Of a stretch of DNA of 64,000 nucleotides, positions 63,506 through 64,000 are shown one piece after another. The stretch covers positions 124,001 to 188,000 of the forward strand of contig JAQGDQ010000038.1 of NCBI GenBank assembly GCA_030141605.1, given 5' to 3'. Each line of letters begins with the position of its first letter. The first letter of the stretch is position 1. Both the position numbers and the translations under genes were made by a program. Below the pieces are notes generated by a model, which saw only the letters and a program-made list of their open reading frames with translations, was not told where the DNA came from and ran no database searches. This stretch comes from Tubiluchus corallicola (taxonomy: Eukaryota > Animalia > Priapulida).

Positions 63506-64000
63506 CTATATATTATAATTATTATTACTTCAGACTATATTATTATTATTATTATTACTTTTATTATTATTACTAATTGTAAAAAAGAAAAGACTTTACA
63601 GGTCAAAAAGCACACAGCAATGCCAGTATAATTTTAAACGTTTACTGAGGTTGCATTTAGTGTGATTCTGTGATTGGCCAGGCATTGTAGATATTTTCCC
63701 CCTGTCCACGTTTTATACATGAACTTATACATTAATTAGTCTACATCAAGTGTTTTGACTTTGGTGTAGCAAATAATGTATTTTTTCACTAGATTCAAGA
63801 AGGACATAAGGCAGTATCAGATGGCCAAATAAGACAAAAAATAGGGGCAGTTTTCATTTGCTGTTGGATCAGAAGGAAATTCCTGAAACTTTTTCATTAA
63901 TAAATTCATTAAATGGTTTGGCACAAGCTGCATTCAGCCATATCAAAATCTTGCAGAAAACTTAGATGACAAAATTAGCAGCAGTTGAAAACACATTTAC

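Overview
AT-rich, intron-containing animal (probably invertebrate) genomic DNA. There are no prokaryotic features. I reconstructed seven protein-coding genes by hand from splice sites and reading phase: a GPI-type matrix metalloproteinase (+, 5' end outside the window), TMCO6 (importin-alpha-like ARM protein, -, 12 exons, about 482 aa), ITFG1/LINKIN (-, uninterrupted CDS nested in TMCO6 intron 2), MND1 (+, head-to-head with TMCO6), AIFM3 (-), TBL2 (+) and the 3' end of LZTR1 (-). Introns carry piggyBac, hAT, Tigger/pogo, mariner, CR1-type LINE and tRNA/5S-derived SINE relics. The most unusual architecture is TMCO6/ITFG1. TMCO6 coding exon 2 (IBB-like) ends at a weak donor, and if that donor is skipped the frame runs without a stop, 15 nt further, into the ITFG1 signal peptide, so one exon appears to serve two unrelated genes. 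Second, the 8.5-kb MMP intron holds a TATA promoter plus a phase-matched alternative first coding exon, predicting a signal-less, propeptide-less MMP isoform. All gene models and family assignments are manual or recalled from memory and need RNA-seq and homology searches.
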